DNA from: Flaccisagitta enflata
Taxonomy: Eukaryota
Direction of reading: 5' to 3'
Assembly: GCA_965153355.1 (NCBI GenBank)
Contig: OZ231126.1
Span: 26,660,001-26,724,000, forward strand
Length of the DNA stretch: 64,000 bases
Positions 40,925 through 53,960 of this stretch are shown piece after piece. The translations under genes and the position numbers were made by a program. Under the pieces are notes generated by a model. That model had not been told where the DNA came from, did not search any database, and worked only from the letters and a program-made list of their open reading frames with translations. Numbering within the stretch: the first letter of the stretch is position 1; each line of letters begins with the position of its first letter.

Positions 40925-41777
40925 TAGTAGATCTCGTCTAGACTTGAGATAACGGGGGCAAGCATTATAAGAAAACAAATGAAGCTGGGGATTAATATTT
41001 AGAATATAGATTAATAAAATGATATTTTATTGCCTATGATAGTTGGTTGCCATAGAAATGCATTTCCATGTATTTACGCTGAAATATCAACATTTTGAGA
41101 AATTTTTTGAGGGAACCAGGCATACAGATTGTGGAGAAGTGGGAAGCGCCGCTTCTTGGAAGCAGGGTGACAGAGAGGGAAGATTTTGCACTATGACATT
41201 AAGAAAAAATGAAAGAAAATGATATTTTGTTTCAAAGGAGCACTTGAAAAATTGTCACAAATCATTTTATCATTGGATAATCTATGAAATTGATGTATTT
41301 TCTATAAATCTATAATTTATAAGATTGATATAAAAAAATGACTGCATTCTGCTTGTCAGAATCTTGTGAGAAAAAAAGATCGCTTCCTGGAAGCTTGGAG
41401 GAATATCAATATCTGGAGGGAACATTGCTTAAAATCAAATTTGCTACAACTTTCCAACTGTATATTCTGTAAGAATGTTGCTCGTTTAGCGATTGCTAGG
41501 GGTTGTCACACATGGATACGCTCCCTAGCAACAGCCAAATGAGCAATATTCTTACAGAACATATTGTGGGAAAGTTGCAGCAAATTTAATTTTAAACAAT
41601 GTTCCCTGAAAAAATCTCTCAAAATATTGATATTTTAGGGAGAATACATGGCAACTGAGTATCATGGGGAATAAATCATTCTTTTAATAGTCTATATTCC
41701 AAATATCAGCCTCCTAGCTTCATTTGTTCTTCCGTAATGCTTGCCCCCGTTATCTCAAGTCTAGACGAGATCTACTG
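40925..41777. mobile_element. Fold-back MITE of the 4211-4784 family, TA TSD
   Basis: AGTAGATCTCGTCTAGACTTGAGATAACGGGGGCAAGCATTA mirrored at 41734-41776; same palindromic core as 4211-4784. Confidence 0.85.
41117..41415. mobile_element. Non-autonomous hAT-type element with 8-bp TSD
   Basis: GAGGGAAC|CAG...CTG|GAGGGAAC. The host MITE has a single GAGGGAAC at the equivalent position in the 4211-4784 copy. Confidence 0.75.
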
Positions 41778-44700
41778 TACTTAACGAGGGATAACCCCCG
41801 CTGAGTTCAGTTCAATAAATTCTTTGTGCGAAAACAGAAAATCCCCGGGAAAAAAATTAGTTTCAATAGGGGATTCCCCGGGTGATTTAACCCCGAGCAA
41901 CCCCAATCAACCCCGAGCAACCCCCGGGGGTTAATCTCTCCCCAGATTACGGGATGTTTCGTGAGTTGCTAGGGCGTGGACGTGGAGAAATACTTACATC
42001 ACAAGGCCGGATACACGGCTACTTTATTCGCGTGCGGGAAAACACGGGTAGTAATAAAGAAAGCCAACCAAGCATTTGGGCAAGAGCAGTTGTATAAAAG
42101 ACCGCCCAAAAAGGCAAAAAAAGAAAAAAAAAAAAAAACAAAGTGGGGCATGCGACCGACCAGTATAGCGGGTTATAGCGTCACGTGCACGCTACTAAAA
42201 ACAAACCTCAAAGAATTCGCCCTTTTTTCAGCATTCCCCTTCGTGAATGTAACTGCAGGCGCCATCAAAGGATTTTTCAACACAATCGCGATAGCACTTA
42301 TTTGGAATATATAACCATTTCCCGCTCTCCTCCTCTCTTATCGGCTAAGGACGATATACCAGGATATGGAAGCTGGTTGCAATCGTACCTCCTCGCACAA
42401 AATCGCACTGCACAAAAGGGCGAAATTCGCGCTTTAGAAGGTATCTTTTAACAACTATGTGAAAATTGTGCTATGGATTAATTTTTTTTACCAATAAGGG
42501 ATACATTAGGGTGGGACTATTATATAATTGTACGTTTAAACTAAATGATCAGCCGGTATCTGATCCTTACACAACTCATACAACTACACATACTTTAGCA
42601 ATCGTGTTCGCACTCACTCCACGATTTTCTCACCCAAAACAATTTGGAATCTCCGAAGCTCAATCCCATGCATCCACGTGTCATAAGCCACCAAGTCAAC
42701 CGTACACCCGGCCCTCGATGCTAACCGAAACCTCCTCAGATATCCTCATTGATCAAAGTCTCGTTGTTTTCCGGCTACTCCTGGGTGGGCTTTAGAGATT
42801 GTGGGAGGTCCACCAGTTTAAATATAACTCATGAAAAAAAGAAGGGGAAAACGATCCGTCTTTTTAGTACTTAAAGGCAAGAGTAATGACTTTTGTTCCA
42901 ATTTGACTTTTTCCCCTTTTCAAATGAGGCAAGAATGAACACTAAGAGTAAGTATTTGCATAAGATAGTGAAGTTGTTTCCGGAGCCTTTCGAAACCACG
43001 ATTTTCGGATTCCCCGGCGAAAATTGTGCGGACTGGTCAAAAACGGCGTATTTTTAGCAATTTCGAAGCCTTTTTTGTCCTTCCAGATCATAAGACCCAC
43101 CCTCGAATATTTTGCCGTCCATCTTTTTCATTGCAAGAAAGAGATTGTGTCATTACAACTTGTGCTTAACGCTTATAGAAACATTTAAAGTCCTGTGACC
43201 GAAGGTGGGGAAGTGGATGGGATGGGGGTATTAACCTACGGGCCTGGCTACGTGATATTGTTCATTTGTTTTGGATGTGATGGGGCATAGATCGTGGTTA
43301 CTCTGTGGCGAGAGAGAGAGAGAGAGACAGACAGATAGACAGATAGACAGACAGACAGAGAGGGAATACGCTACAGATAAGAAAAGAATGACAGAAAGCT
43401 CTAAGCGACCTAAATAAAGATATATCTGTTGTAATGGTTACCTATTAATTAGAAATGAATATCAATTATCTAATAAAGCAATACACCCTGTCGTATCTTG
43501 ATGAAAAGCGTCACCAGGGCTAACTTTGGGGGGTCAAAAATCAAAATTGAGATTATGGCGTTAATTTTTTTTTTAATGGCCAGGTAAAACGTAAACTAAG
43601 ACCAAACTAATGATTTTCAACTTTTTTTCCGACTAACGTGGCGCTACGACCTCCACAAAGTTGAAAATCGACTTTTTTGGGGGGTTGAAATTTCGACCTT
43701 TTTTGTCATGAATCGTTGTTACAAAATCGGTCGCTGTGGCTCTAAAAATTGCATTTTGGACATGCGGATTTTTTTAAAGGCTCGGTTTTGAGCAGCTCCA
43801 CTGGTATCTGAAAAAAAAATCCCATATAGTCTAGTATCCTAGTCGCGATAAACAAAAAAGTACACTTTTTCATCTTTTTTAACATAGAATACGCGCAAAA
43901 ATGGACCTGAAACTTATATTACCCCAGAAAACCCCATGAATTTTTTTCACAATTTGAAAGCCCTATAAGGGTACTTTCCAGGACCAGTGTCAAAATACCC
44001 GGACTCTGGCGGGCTTTCAGTCATTTTTGACCAAATTTGCCAGAATATCAAAAATGACAAAAATGACAAAAATCAAATTTGAATATCTACAACCCAAATT
44101 TAGCTGACTCCATAAATTTTTAGGAGAAATACTACCTTGATATGGTGTTTCCAAAACCAACAGTTGATTTTTTTTTTTAAATGCATACCAGCCCAACTGA
44201 CCTATCACTTAAAAACGCATTTTTTCTGGCTGTTTTGCTCCTATTGTCTCCAAATTTTGCATGAGGGTTGTCACTGACCCTAGAGACTATTTGCATACGC
44301 TATAGCCGATCGAATCGATGATACTCGCCCAAATACTATGCGCAAAAAAAACATGATTTTGGGTGAAATTATCCAAAATTTTTGGAAAAGTCAAAAATGG
44401 CCAATTATCAGTTCAGTTATTTCCATATTGTAAACAAAACAAAAAAACAAAAAAATTCATCTCAAATTTTTTTGTTTATAGCACTTTTTAGGTAAAAAAA
44501 GCTTATTTCTAGCATTTTTTTTGTTAATAATTGTTTATGTAGCTTCAAAAATCCCCATGAATCCTGGAAATTTGTGGCAATAGTCTAAATATACACATTT
44601 CTACCTGTAACAACAAGTTTTTTTACATATTTATCAGATAAGAGCTTAAAAATAGGCTAAAAATAGCAAAATATTGCTTTTTTCAGCGTTATTAAGTTTT

Positions 44701-45594
44701 TTCATGTTATTGAAGCATAAAAACTAAAAAAAAATTCTAGAAATGTATAGTATTAGTCCAAGTATAAATGCTTATGCCCTGAATAACCAGTTATTCATGA
44801 TAGTTTTGGGTTTATAGCCCAAAAATAGCTTAAAAATAACAAAATTATGGCTTTTTATAGCATTTTTGAGCAAAAAACTGTTTATGCAGCTGTATTTATC
44901 CAGAAAAATCCTTGTAATGTGTAGTCATAGTTTGAGTAAAGATTTTTTTACCCAGAACAACCAGTTGTTGGGGATTTTTTAAAGTTTAAAGATCAAAATT
45001 GCAGAAAAAAACCATATTTTATCATTTTTAAGCTATTTTTAAGCTCTAATTTGTATGTTATCTCAAAAAACATGTTGTGAAGGGTTAAAATGTGTATATC
45101 TAAACTATTGCCTCACATTTTCAGTATTCATTAGAATTTTCAAAGCTGAAAAAAGATTTTATGCTTAAAAAATGTTAAAAATACCTTTTTTCTACCAAAA
45201 GAGTTATATAAATGAAAAAATTCAAGATAAATTTTTTTGTTTTTTTGTTCCTGATGACAAATGACACAGTGGCAAAAATGGTCTTTTCATACCTCTTGGG
45301 GGCGTATCCAGAGAGGTGTGATAATCCAATACAATTAATTTTCATTTTTGGAAAAACTAGTCTATGTAGCTAGTGTTACAATATCGTTGCGGATGAATGG
45401 GCAAGGACTTTCAAATTCCCCCCCCCCCCTCATACACCTCTTCAACAATTGTTTTTCCACTTTCCGGACAAAGCCTCTCATAGATTCGCGACTAGAAACG
45501 TGCAAGTTTGAAAATAGAATGGAATGGATCAGGTAGTAGGTGAATGAGATGATTTTGATTTAACGGACAGACAATAGTAAGGACTGGAGCATGG

Positions 45595-47566
45595 ACGGTA
45601 TTTTACGGCAAAAAATGACACTGAATGATGACGGCTCCACTCAATATTTGGCAAAAGTATGTCCCAGAGCCAAACCATTAGTGTTTGACCCTTTGCCACC
45701 TATTACAGCTGCTTTAAAACATGAACGACCTAAAAAAGTGTGAAAATAGCCATTTTTACGGCATTTTACGGCAAAAAAATGACACTGAACGACAATGGCT
45801 TCACTCGATATTTGGTAAGAATTTGTCCCAGAGTCAAACTATTAGTGTTTGACCCTTTGCTACCTATTAGAGCTCTTTAAAACATTTACGATTTAAAAAA
45901 GTGTGAAAATAGCCATTTTTACGGCATTTTACGGCAAAAAATGACACTGAATGATGTGGCTCCCTCAATATTTGGCAAAGTATGTCCCAGAGCCAAACCA
46001 TTAGTGTTTTACCCTTGGCCGCCTATTACAGCTTGCTTTAAAACATGAACGACACAAACAAGTGTAATAGCCATTTTTACTTATGGCATTTTACGGCAAA
46101 AAATGACACTGAACGACAATGGCTTCACACAATTTTTGGTAAGAATTTGTTGCAGAGCCAAACTATTAGTGTTTGACCCTTTGCTACCTTTTAGAGCTGT
46201 TTTAAAACATTTACACGACTTAAAAAGGTGTGAAAATAGCCATTTTTACGGCATTTCATGACAAAAAATGACACTGATTGATGACGGCTCCACTCAATTT
46301 TTGGCAAGAGTATGTTCCAGAGCCAAATCATTAGTATTTGACCCTTTGATACCTGTGCACAGCTGTTTTAAAACATTTACAACTTAAAAAAGTGTGAAAA
46401 TATCCATTTTTATGGTATTTTACGGCAAAAAATGACACTGAATGATATTGGCTCCTCAATATTTAGCAAGAGTATGTTCCAGAGCCAAATCATTAGTATT
46501 TGACCCTTTGCCACCTATTACAGCTGTTTCAAAACATTTACGACTTAAAAAAGTGTGAAAATAGCCATTTTTATTCTGACATTTACGTAAAAAATGACAC
46601 TGAACGACAACGGCTTCACTCAATTTTGGTAAGAATTTGTTCAGAGCCAAACTATTAGTGTTTTGACCCTTTGCTACCTTTTAGAGCTGTTTTCCCAAAA
46701 CTATTTACGACTTAAACTAAAGAAGTGTGAAAATAGCCATTTTTACGGCATTTCACGACAAAATGACACTGAATGATAGCGGCTCCACTCAATTTTGGCA
46801 AGAGTATGTTCCAGAGCCAAATCATTAGTATTTGACCCTTTGCCACCTATTACAGCTGTTTTAAAACATTTACAACTTAAAAAAGTGTGAAAATAGCCAT
46901 TTTTACGGTATTTCATGACAAAAAATGACACCTGAATGATGTGTCCCTCAATTTTTGTAAGAGTATGTTCTAGAGCCAAACCATTAATGTTGACCTTTGC
47001 CACCTGTACAGCTGTTTTAAAACATTTACGACTTAAAAGAAGTGAAAAGAAAATAAGCCATTTCTGACATTTCTGACAAAAAATGACACTGAACGATGAC
47101 TTGGCTCCTCAATTTTTGTAGAGTATGTTCCAGAGCCAAACCATTAGTATTTGACCCTTTGCTACCTATTACAGCTGTTTTAAAACATTTACGACTTAAA
47201 AAGTGTGAAATAGCCATTTTATTCTGACAAAAAATGACACTGAATGATAGCGAGAATCCATTCAATTTTGGCAAGAGTATGTTCCAGAGCCAAACCATTA
47301 GTATTTGACCCTTTGCTACCTATTACAGCTGTTTTAAAACAATAACGACCTAGAAAAGTGTGAAAATAGCCATTTTTACGGCATTTTACGGCAAAAAATG
47401 ACGCTGAGTGATGACGGTTTCACTTGATCTTTGGTATGAGTATATCTCAGAGCCACACAGTTACTGTATGACCGTTTGCCAACCATAACAACTTTTTTTA
47501 AACATCATTAACCTGAAAAACTGGCAAAAATGCCACTATTACGGAATTTTACGGCATTTTACGGCA
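45595..47566. repeat. Satellite array, ~163-bp monomer, 12 copies
   Basis: ATGAC[A/G]C anchor at 45615, 45779, 45941, 46103, 46268, 46432, 46594, 46763, 46925, 47083, 47234 and 47398. Confidence 0.95.
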
Positions 47567-47890
47567 CTGCGTCGTCAATTCTTTACCGAATGTGCTCTAT
47601 AACTTTTTTTGACTTCTATGCAATACATATGATTGGTTTAAGGCAAAAAATTGTGATATTTGTGACTTTTGCCAAATTGCTTAGGGGTGACATACATAAG
47701 ACACTGTGCAATAAAGACCGAAAAATGTAATTCAACAATTCAAGTAGAGTATATGAAAACTAATAAATATTTCCAAGGAGGAGTAAATTCACAATCTCTC
47801 TAAATTCGAGTAATCAGTAAGTGGAAGGGACTAGAAAAATTTTGGTAAATAAATTCATAAACTGAAGCCACAAATTCATAAATATCAATC

Positions 47891-48159
<269 letters not shown>

Positions 48160-48173
48160 TTGCAAACGTTAGT

Positions 48174-48542
48174 TCATTCTTTTCCCTTTGAAAGCGGTTG
48201 ACGAATGATGAGCTTCAATCTGTCAGTCATTTGTGCTGGAGTGAATTGAACGCCACCCTCGGAAAAGTTCCACAGTTTGCCGTCGACGAGCTTCTGTTCA
48301 AGGACTTTCCGTCGATATCCAATTTGAGTCTTGATGGCGTCAATGGTGAGGGCCTTCTTCCCGGTGAATTGTTCCAGTCCGTTGTCGATGTCTTGGTCGC
48401 ATTCCCAAACGCCGCCGAGCTTCTGTAACTTATTGCAGATTTTCAGTTTTTCCGCCGCCTTCTCCCGCTGTCGTCGCTCTTGTTCCGCGCGCTGACGCAT
48501 CAGATTCTCCCGTCGTGTCGCTGCGATCTGCTGCTGTCGCTC
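48174..48542 (-). CDS. Probable terminal coding exon (122 aa) of an unidentified protein, possibly DNA-transposon derived
   Basis: Open, non-repetitive frame ERQQQIAATRRENLMRQRAEQ...GGVWECDQD...IKTQIGYRRKVL...LWNFSEGG...LKLIIRQPLSKGKE*, preceded by a TAG acceptor (48543-48545). GC-rich codons contrast with the AT-rich flanks. Confidence 0.55.
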   Translation of the reverse strand, partial: ERQQQIAATRRENLMRQRAEQERRQREKAAEKLKICNKLQKLGGVWECDQDIDNGLEQFTGKKALTIDAIKTQIGYRRKVLEQKLVDGKLWNFSEGGVQFTPAQMTDRLKLIIRQPLSKGKE

Positions 48543-49593
48543 CTATATTGTAATTCAGTAATTGAGTTGCAAGTGAGTGAATAGAGACACTAATTATGAA
48601 TGCTTTTCTACAAGTCATTTTATCCATCGGTCTGTACGTCCGTCAGTCACAAAAATGATTTTGAGCCATTGGAGGACGATTATTCTACAGTTGAACCCCG
48701 CAATAACAGAGAGTAAGAAACATAACAGACAATAAATCTTGGTTCCATTGTGTAATTAATTTTTTCAATGGCAAAAACACATGCTACAATAATGGACACA
48801 GTTTGTTGGTCCCCTGAAATCCGTTAGTAGTGAGAGAGAGAGAGAGAGCAGACCCAGATTATCCAGCTACCACCACAAAAAACAGGTACTTACAATTTAT
48901 TTCAGCTCCTCTCTACATAGGAAAATGAATATCAATGATTTGAGACGATGGGAGGAATCGAGTTTAGACGGAAACAAAAGGCCCGCGACTTATGCGCAAA
49001 ATGGGCGCAAAATCGACGTTTTGCGCAAAAAGGCGAGAGTGGAGATGGATGACTCGGATGGAAACAAAAGGCGCGCTTCAACGAAATTGGACAATTGAGG
49101 AATGGAGAAAAAAAAGGATCGGCGCGCGCTTCATAACAGACACATAGTGAGTGAGGGCAACATTATGAGCGTCAAAAATAGAAAAACCAGAATACAGTGG
49201 GAAACTGATATAACGAATCGCCGCGAATAAGAGACTCGCACACCTTAATATGTACGCCAAAGGTTCCAGTCATGAAAATTGTAGAGAGACCGAGACACTT
49301 AGACAGAAGGCAATTAACTGACATAGTCAGATAGAGTTTTTGTGAGACTGTACCCGCGTATAATGAATTATCGCAAATAAAAGAATTCTGTACATGACAT
49401 AACTCGATTAATCATTTCTTTACAGCAAAAGCAAGTTTTTATCATTTTTAAAATTTTAGTTTCCACCTTTTGTTTCATTTCTCTCGGGGGTTTGAGTGTT
49501 TAAAAATCTTTTAGAAAATTAAAGGTGGGTGGTCGCTGTTCCGTCTATTAAGGAATTTATATCTGCACACTTGTCTGTGAAATTACGTGCAAA

Positions 49594-49971
49594 ATGAGTT
49601 ATAATGAGACCTATTGGAGTCATTCTCCCTCAGCGACCGAGAATGCAACAATGGAGCAGGCCCATGATAACCCTTGGTACCCTTGGTGGTTGGAAGAGGT
49701 GGTTGGTTGCGCCGCGGCCGCTGTCCTGTTAATCATTTGCATCGTCATAGGGATAAAAAATCCTGTCCTGGCTCGACGCCTGCTGAGCCATGGGCAAGAT
49801 TTTCTCTCAATGATGATGGAAAGGATAAGGAACAGAGGCCACAGGGCACCGCCACCACTTCCACCCCGCAATGGAATCCCGCGCAATTTCACAGATGATG
49901 AAATGATAGAGATGCGAGAATGCGGTCAAAATGGAGGATATGATGCGCCCGCAAGAAGTGTGTGGATATAA
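49594..49971 (+). CDS. Small single-pass membrane protein (125 aa), antisense to the adjacent Gypsy pol
   Basis: CAAAATG start context, N-x-T sequons at N4 and N17, hydrophobic segment V36-I54, basic residues after it, PPPLPPR, YDAP; AATAAA at 50069-50074. Confidence 0.65.
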   Translation: MSYNETYWSHSPSATENATMEQAHDNPWYPWWLEEVVGCAAAAVLLIICIVIGIKNPVLARRLLSHGQDFLSMMMERIRNRGHRAPPPLPPRNGIPRNFTDDEMIEMRECGQNGGYDAPARSVWI

Positions 49972-50123
49972 ATATAGGGGTAATTCAGTTTATGGTAAAA
50001 TGATCATGGTTATTCATTTTCTTTCTACTTTGTACTTCTTAAAAAAAATACAAAAACCAAAAAAAAAAAATAAAAATCATCTTTCCTATAAACTCAAAAT
50101 TGATCATCAAATGGAAAAATAGA

Positions 50124-53100
50124 CTAAACCCACAAATCAGAGATTCCAAAATCAACAAGTGAATCGAGACTATGATTGTTTTTTCCACTATGATGGATGA
50201 AAAGTTTTTCGACGGAATTCACCGAGGCATCATCATTCAATGCCCTGGCACGAGAACGCGTTAAAGCTGGCTCAATCTCTGGCTCACTCAGCTCTAAACT
50301 TACATTCATTGAGTCCACGAGTTTACGTAACTCATCTTCAGTGAGTTTAGTTTTGATCAACACGTCACCTGGGAGAATTTGATGCTCATCCGTCACGACA
50401 CTTCGAACCTTAAATGCATTTGTGGCGACTCGTTCTTCCACCACAAATCCGTCCACAACCACTCTGTGGCCGTATTTCTAAGGCGTCCCGACGGGCCACA
50501 CAGAGCGTTTCTTTAAGACGCAATCACCGCCTTGAGGCGGCGCGTGTAGCCTCGTGGAGATCGCCCTTCTGTCGCCGGATGAACGCAGCTTTCACGCTGC
50601 TTTGGAGAGACGTTGCGCCGGCGGCATTATTGTAGCAGCGACGCAGTCGACGAGCGATTTGGAGACGCCGTCGAGACGCCGTCGGATGCAGAACGAAGAA
50701 ACGAAGTTGGAGGACGCACATAGAAGAGATCACGTGGGAAAGATTCATGGGGAGAGCGTCACATGAGATGCGTTATAGGTGAGCGTGGATTCCTCTAAAA
50801 GACGGGGAAAAGCGATTTTGGACACTCGGTACTGTATTTGACGATGAGACGAGAAATAGTGCCGATAGTTTTTTCAGCACGAGATTGTGATCTGCTGACG
50901 TACGCGTGTCCGTGTGAGATTGAAACATGATGCGAAATCAGAAATTGTTTTGCGCGTGAGTTTTCTTTCAGCAATCCGTTATCGCATTGTATTTTTGAAG
51001 GTAGTCCGGAGAAGTGGCGACGCATATCGAAAACAATCCAAGAATTTCGCGCCAGAGGTCAATATATCGCTGACGCGTGAACGCAAATCGAGACACCGCG
51101 TCAATTGCGACAAAGTATGACGGCGTTCGGCCGGAAGGGGTCTTGAAATTGTTCCACGGGCCACACACGTCCACTTCAACGGTCGATAAAGGCTCAGTCG
51201 CGATTTTGTTGCCATCGTCTTCCTTTCTACAGGTGGGATGATTGTTTAACACACATGCCGAACATGCACGGACGTAAGAATTGATCACCCGCCTCATGTT
51301 GAAAGCGTAGTACTGTCTTTTGAGAGAATCCATGGTCTTTCTTTGACCAATGTGACCGGATGATGATGGTGAGTCGAATGAATGAGTTTCGCCGACAAGC
51401 TTCAAAAATTCATTAGATCCCACCACAATGAGTGGGTCAACGATACCCAACGGATTTAACCAAAATCTGATTATTATGTTTTGGTCTGTTAGGCGGACAA
51501 GTGAACGATGTCTGAGGAAATCTTGCAACGGTGCCGGTAATAACAAAGCCTCAGCCTTGTTCGGAAGCGGCGTCGTTCCCATCAAAAAGTCTCGGCAACG
51601 ATCGAGAATATCGTCGCCGGCTTGAAGGCGACGCACGAAATCCAATCGACTTCCGGAAAAACGCGGCAGTTTGATACTGTCCATGACTTCATTATCCGGC
51701 GGCGAATCATCGTCCTCTTCCACTCTTCCAGCATTTAAATCGTCATCGTCGAGAGAGATGGCGCAAATCGACGTGTGGATCGCCGCGATGGCGCCGGCGA
51801 TGGGCGTCGCCACCGGCGGCGTCGCCGGAAGATCGTCGACGACAATGGTGTATTCGCCGTCGGGCCTAGAAGCATAATCATCCTCCTCCTCCTCCTCCTC
51901 CTCCTCTTCCAACGGTCCGTCGACGGCGTATGATAACGGCTGTCGGCGATGGCGATGAAAAAAGGCGATCATTTCATCGTGTTTCCGCTGGGAAAAGAGG
52001 GATTGCCAAGGCACCTTCTGTCCATGGGCGTTGTAGATCCTTTCCTTCAAAAATTTTGGGTAAGTGCCTGATGGTGCTGGGAGTGATTCTAAGCGTGAGA
52101 ATGGATCAGCAGCTTGCAATCTACTTTCAACAAAGACGATATTAGCCTGAAATTTCTGAATGTGTAGGATCTTACGGGCCAAGTCTTTGGGGACACCCTC
52201 AAGACTGGCCCAGTTAGCTACTGTAGAGCTATCAACGACCACCCAAAAAGCTTTTGCACTGAGCAGATGGCGAAATTTGCGAGTAGCTTCGTAAAGACTG
52301 ATTAACTCGAGCAGCCATATTGGAAAGTTAAGCCAAGAGTCCTTGATGACTGAAGAAAAACACCCTACCACATACAATCTTCTTTTTCCATCATTATCAG
52401 GAGCAGACGATGGAGGAAGCATATATTGCGTCAACAAACACGAGATTGAATTTGACGATGCATCTGTCCATAGCACGAACTGGTCTGAAGGGTCAGAAGA
52501 CTGAAGACGAATGACATTCACTTTCTTATCTTGCAGGTGAGTTATGGCCTTATCAAAAGCCTCCCTGTGTGGGTCAGTGGGCGTGAAACTTACCTTTAAT
52601 TTACACAAACGGCGCAATGGCGCTAAATGCTCAGAGAGCTTTGGCGCCACGCCATTAAAGTACTGCAGAAAGGCTAGGCGCGAGATACACTCATCTTTTG
52701 TGACTGGGAATTTAAGATCTGAAATTTTCACCTCTTTTTCCTTGGAAATTGACAACTGAGATTCACCAATTTGAAACCCTAAGACTCTAGTCGATTTCCT
52801 GACCATATCAGCCTTACTAGGTTTAAGGAGTATCCGATAGTAGGAACAGAGGGCAAAGAATTTGGGAAGATCTTCACAGAGATGCTGTTGAACATTCTCT
52901 GAACCAACAGAACAGTCATCAATGAACGGAAAGACACGCTCGTGAAAGCGCATGGCTTTGCTGATGAAATTTTGGACAATTGGTGGGCTGAGTTTTAGAA
53001 CTTTAGATAAGCGAATGTAACAATAGATCTTATTCATTGCATGAATGCCCAACAACTTAGAACTTTCCTTTGAGACCGGAAACTGGTGGAAGAAGGACGA

Positions 53101-53750
53101 ACAGTCGAAATTACTAAAGGTGGAGTAACCCATTTTTCCCACTTTTTCACGGTATTCATTGCAGTTTGGAAGCGGAAAGGATCTGTCAGCCAGACAAGCA
53201 TTCAATTGGCGCTGGTCTGCAGTTACCCTACTTTTTTCCACCACTGCAATGCGCTAACTGACGAATCTTTGCTCGACGACAAGATGCAAAGGACTTGCGT
53301 AGACGCCGGCGCTGCTGTCCAATTCGGCGATGACGACTGGATCGAGAAGCGTTTTAAGGTGAATTTTGATGTGACGAATTTTCTCATCCGAGAGACGCCT
53401 AAGTTTGTGTTTTTTAGGAGTCATGTCGGGCTTAAGCTTTATCTCGATTGGCTTCATGTTTATCCCCTTCATTAATTGGGCAGGGACAGAAGAGTCAAAA
53501 ATGTGACGGAACTAAAATAGAAGATCTTTGAGTGGGTCCAAATGCTCTTGGGCCAAATCTTTGAAGTTGAATTCAGAAAAAGACTTTATCTTTCCAGGCG
53601 ACAATCATCTGCTTTTTCCTTTTCAGCCTCTAAAATATCATGGGGTCTTCAAGAATTTCCATTTCAACATCGGGTCCATTTTTGTCATCCAATTTCAAGT
53701 CAAAGTCTATACCATCCCAACGGCAACGGTCAAGAACATCATCACCCACC
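50124..53750 (-). mobile_element. Ty3/Gypsy LTR retrotransposon pol (RT-RNase H-integrase), decayed
   Basis: RT: YASPLHLV, FSNFDCSSFFHQF, FPFIDD. RNase H: LWTDAS, LELISL. Integrase: H..GHIG..C..C zinc finger, VEVDVCGP, IQCDNG, SQSRAEK. In-frame TAG at 53254-53256 and ~53512, frameshift at ~51050. Gag, protease and LTRs were not identified. Confidence 0.92.
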
Positions 53751-53764
53751 TTATTCTTCCCAAC

Positions 53765-53960
53765 TATGAGTGGTAGGTTGGTTGGGATGGTTGGTAGGAG
53801 TGGCAGGTTGGTAGGGTTGGCTGATAGGAGTGGTAGGATGGTTGGGTAAGAAGGTAGGAGTGGTAAATTGGTTGGGCTGGTTGGTAGGAGTGGTAGGTTG
53901 GTGGGGTTGGTTGGTAGGAGTGGTAGGTTGGTTGGGTTGGTTGGTAGGAGTGGTAGGGTT
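53765..53960. repeat. 30-bp minisatellite, ~6.5 copies
   Basis: Unit approx. TTGGTAGGAGTGGTAGGTTGGTTGGGTTGG. Confidence 0.85.

Noticed and set aside
43485-45320. Possible large TIR element with an internal inverted repeat (~44460-45245)
   Set aside because: The internal inversion is visible, but the termini match only weakly and no TSD could be fixed.
48850-49560. 3' LTR / polypurine tract of the Gypsy element
   Set aside because: The position is plausible, but there is no second copy in the window and no unambiguous PPT-TG...CA boundary.
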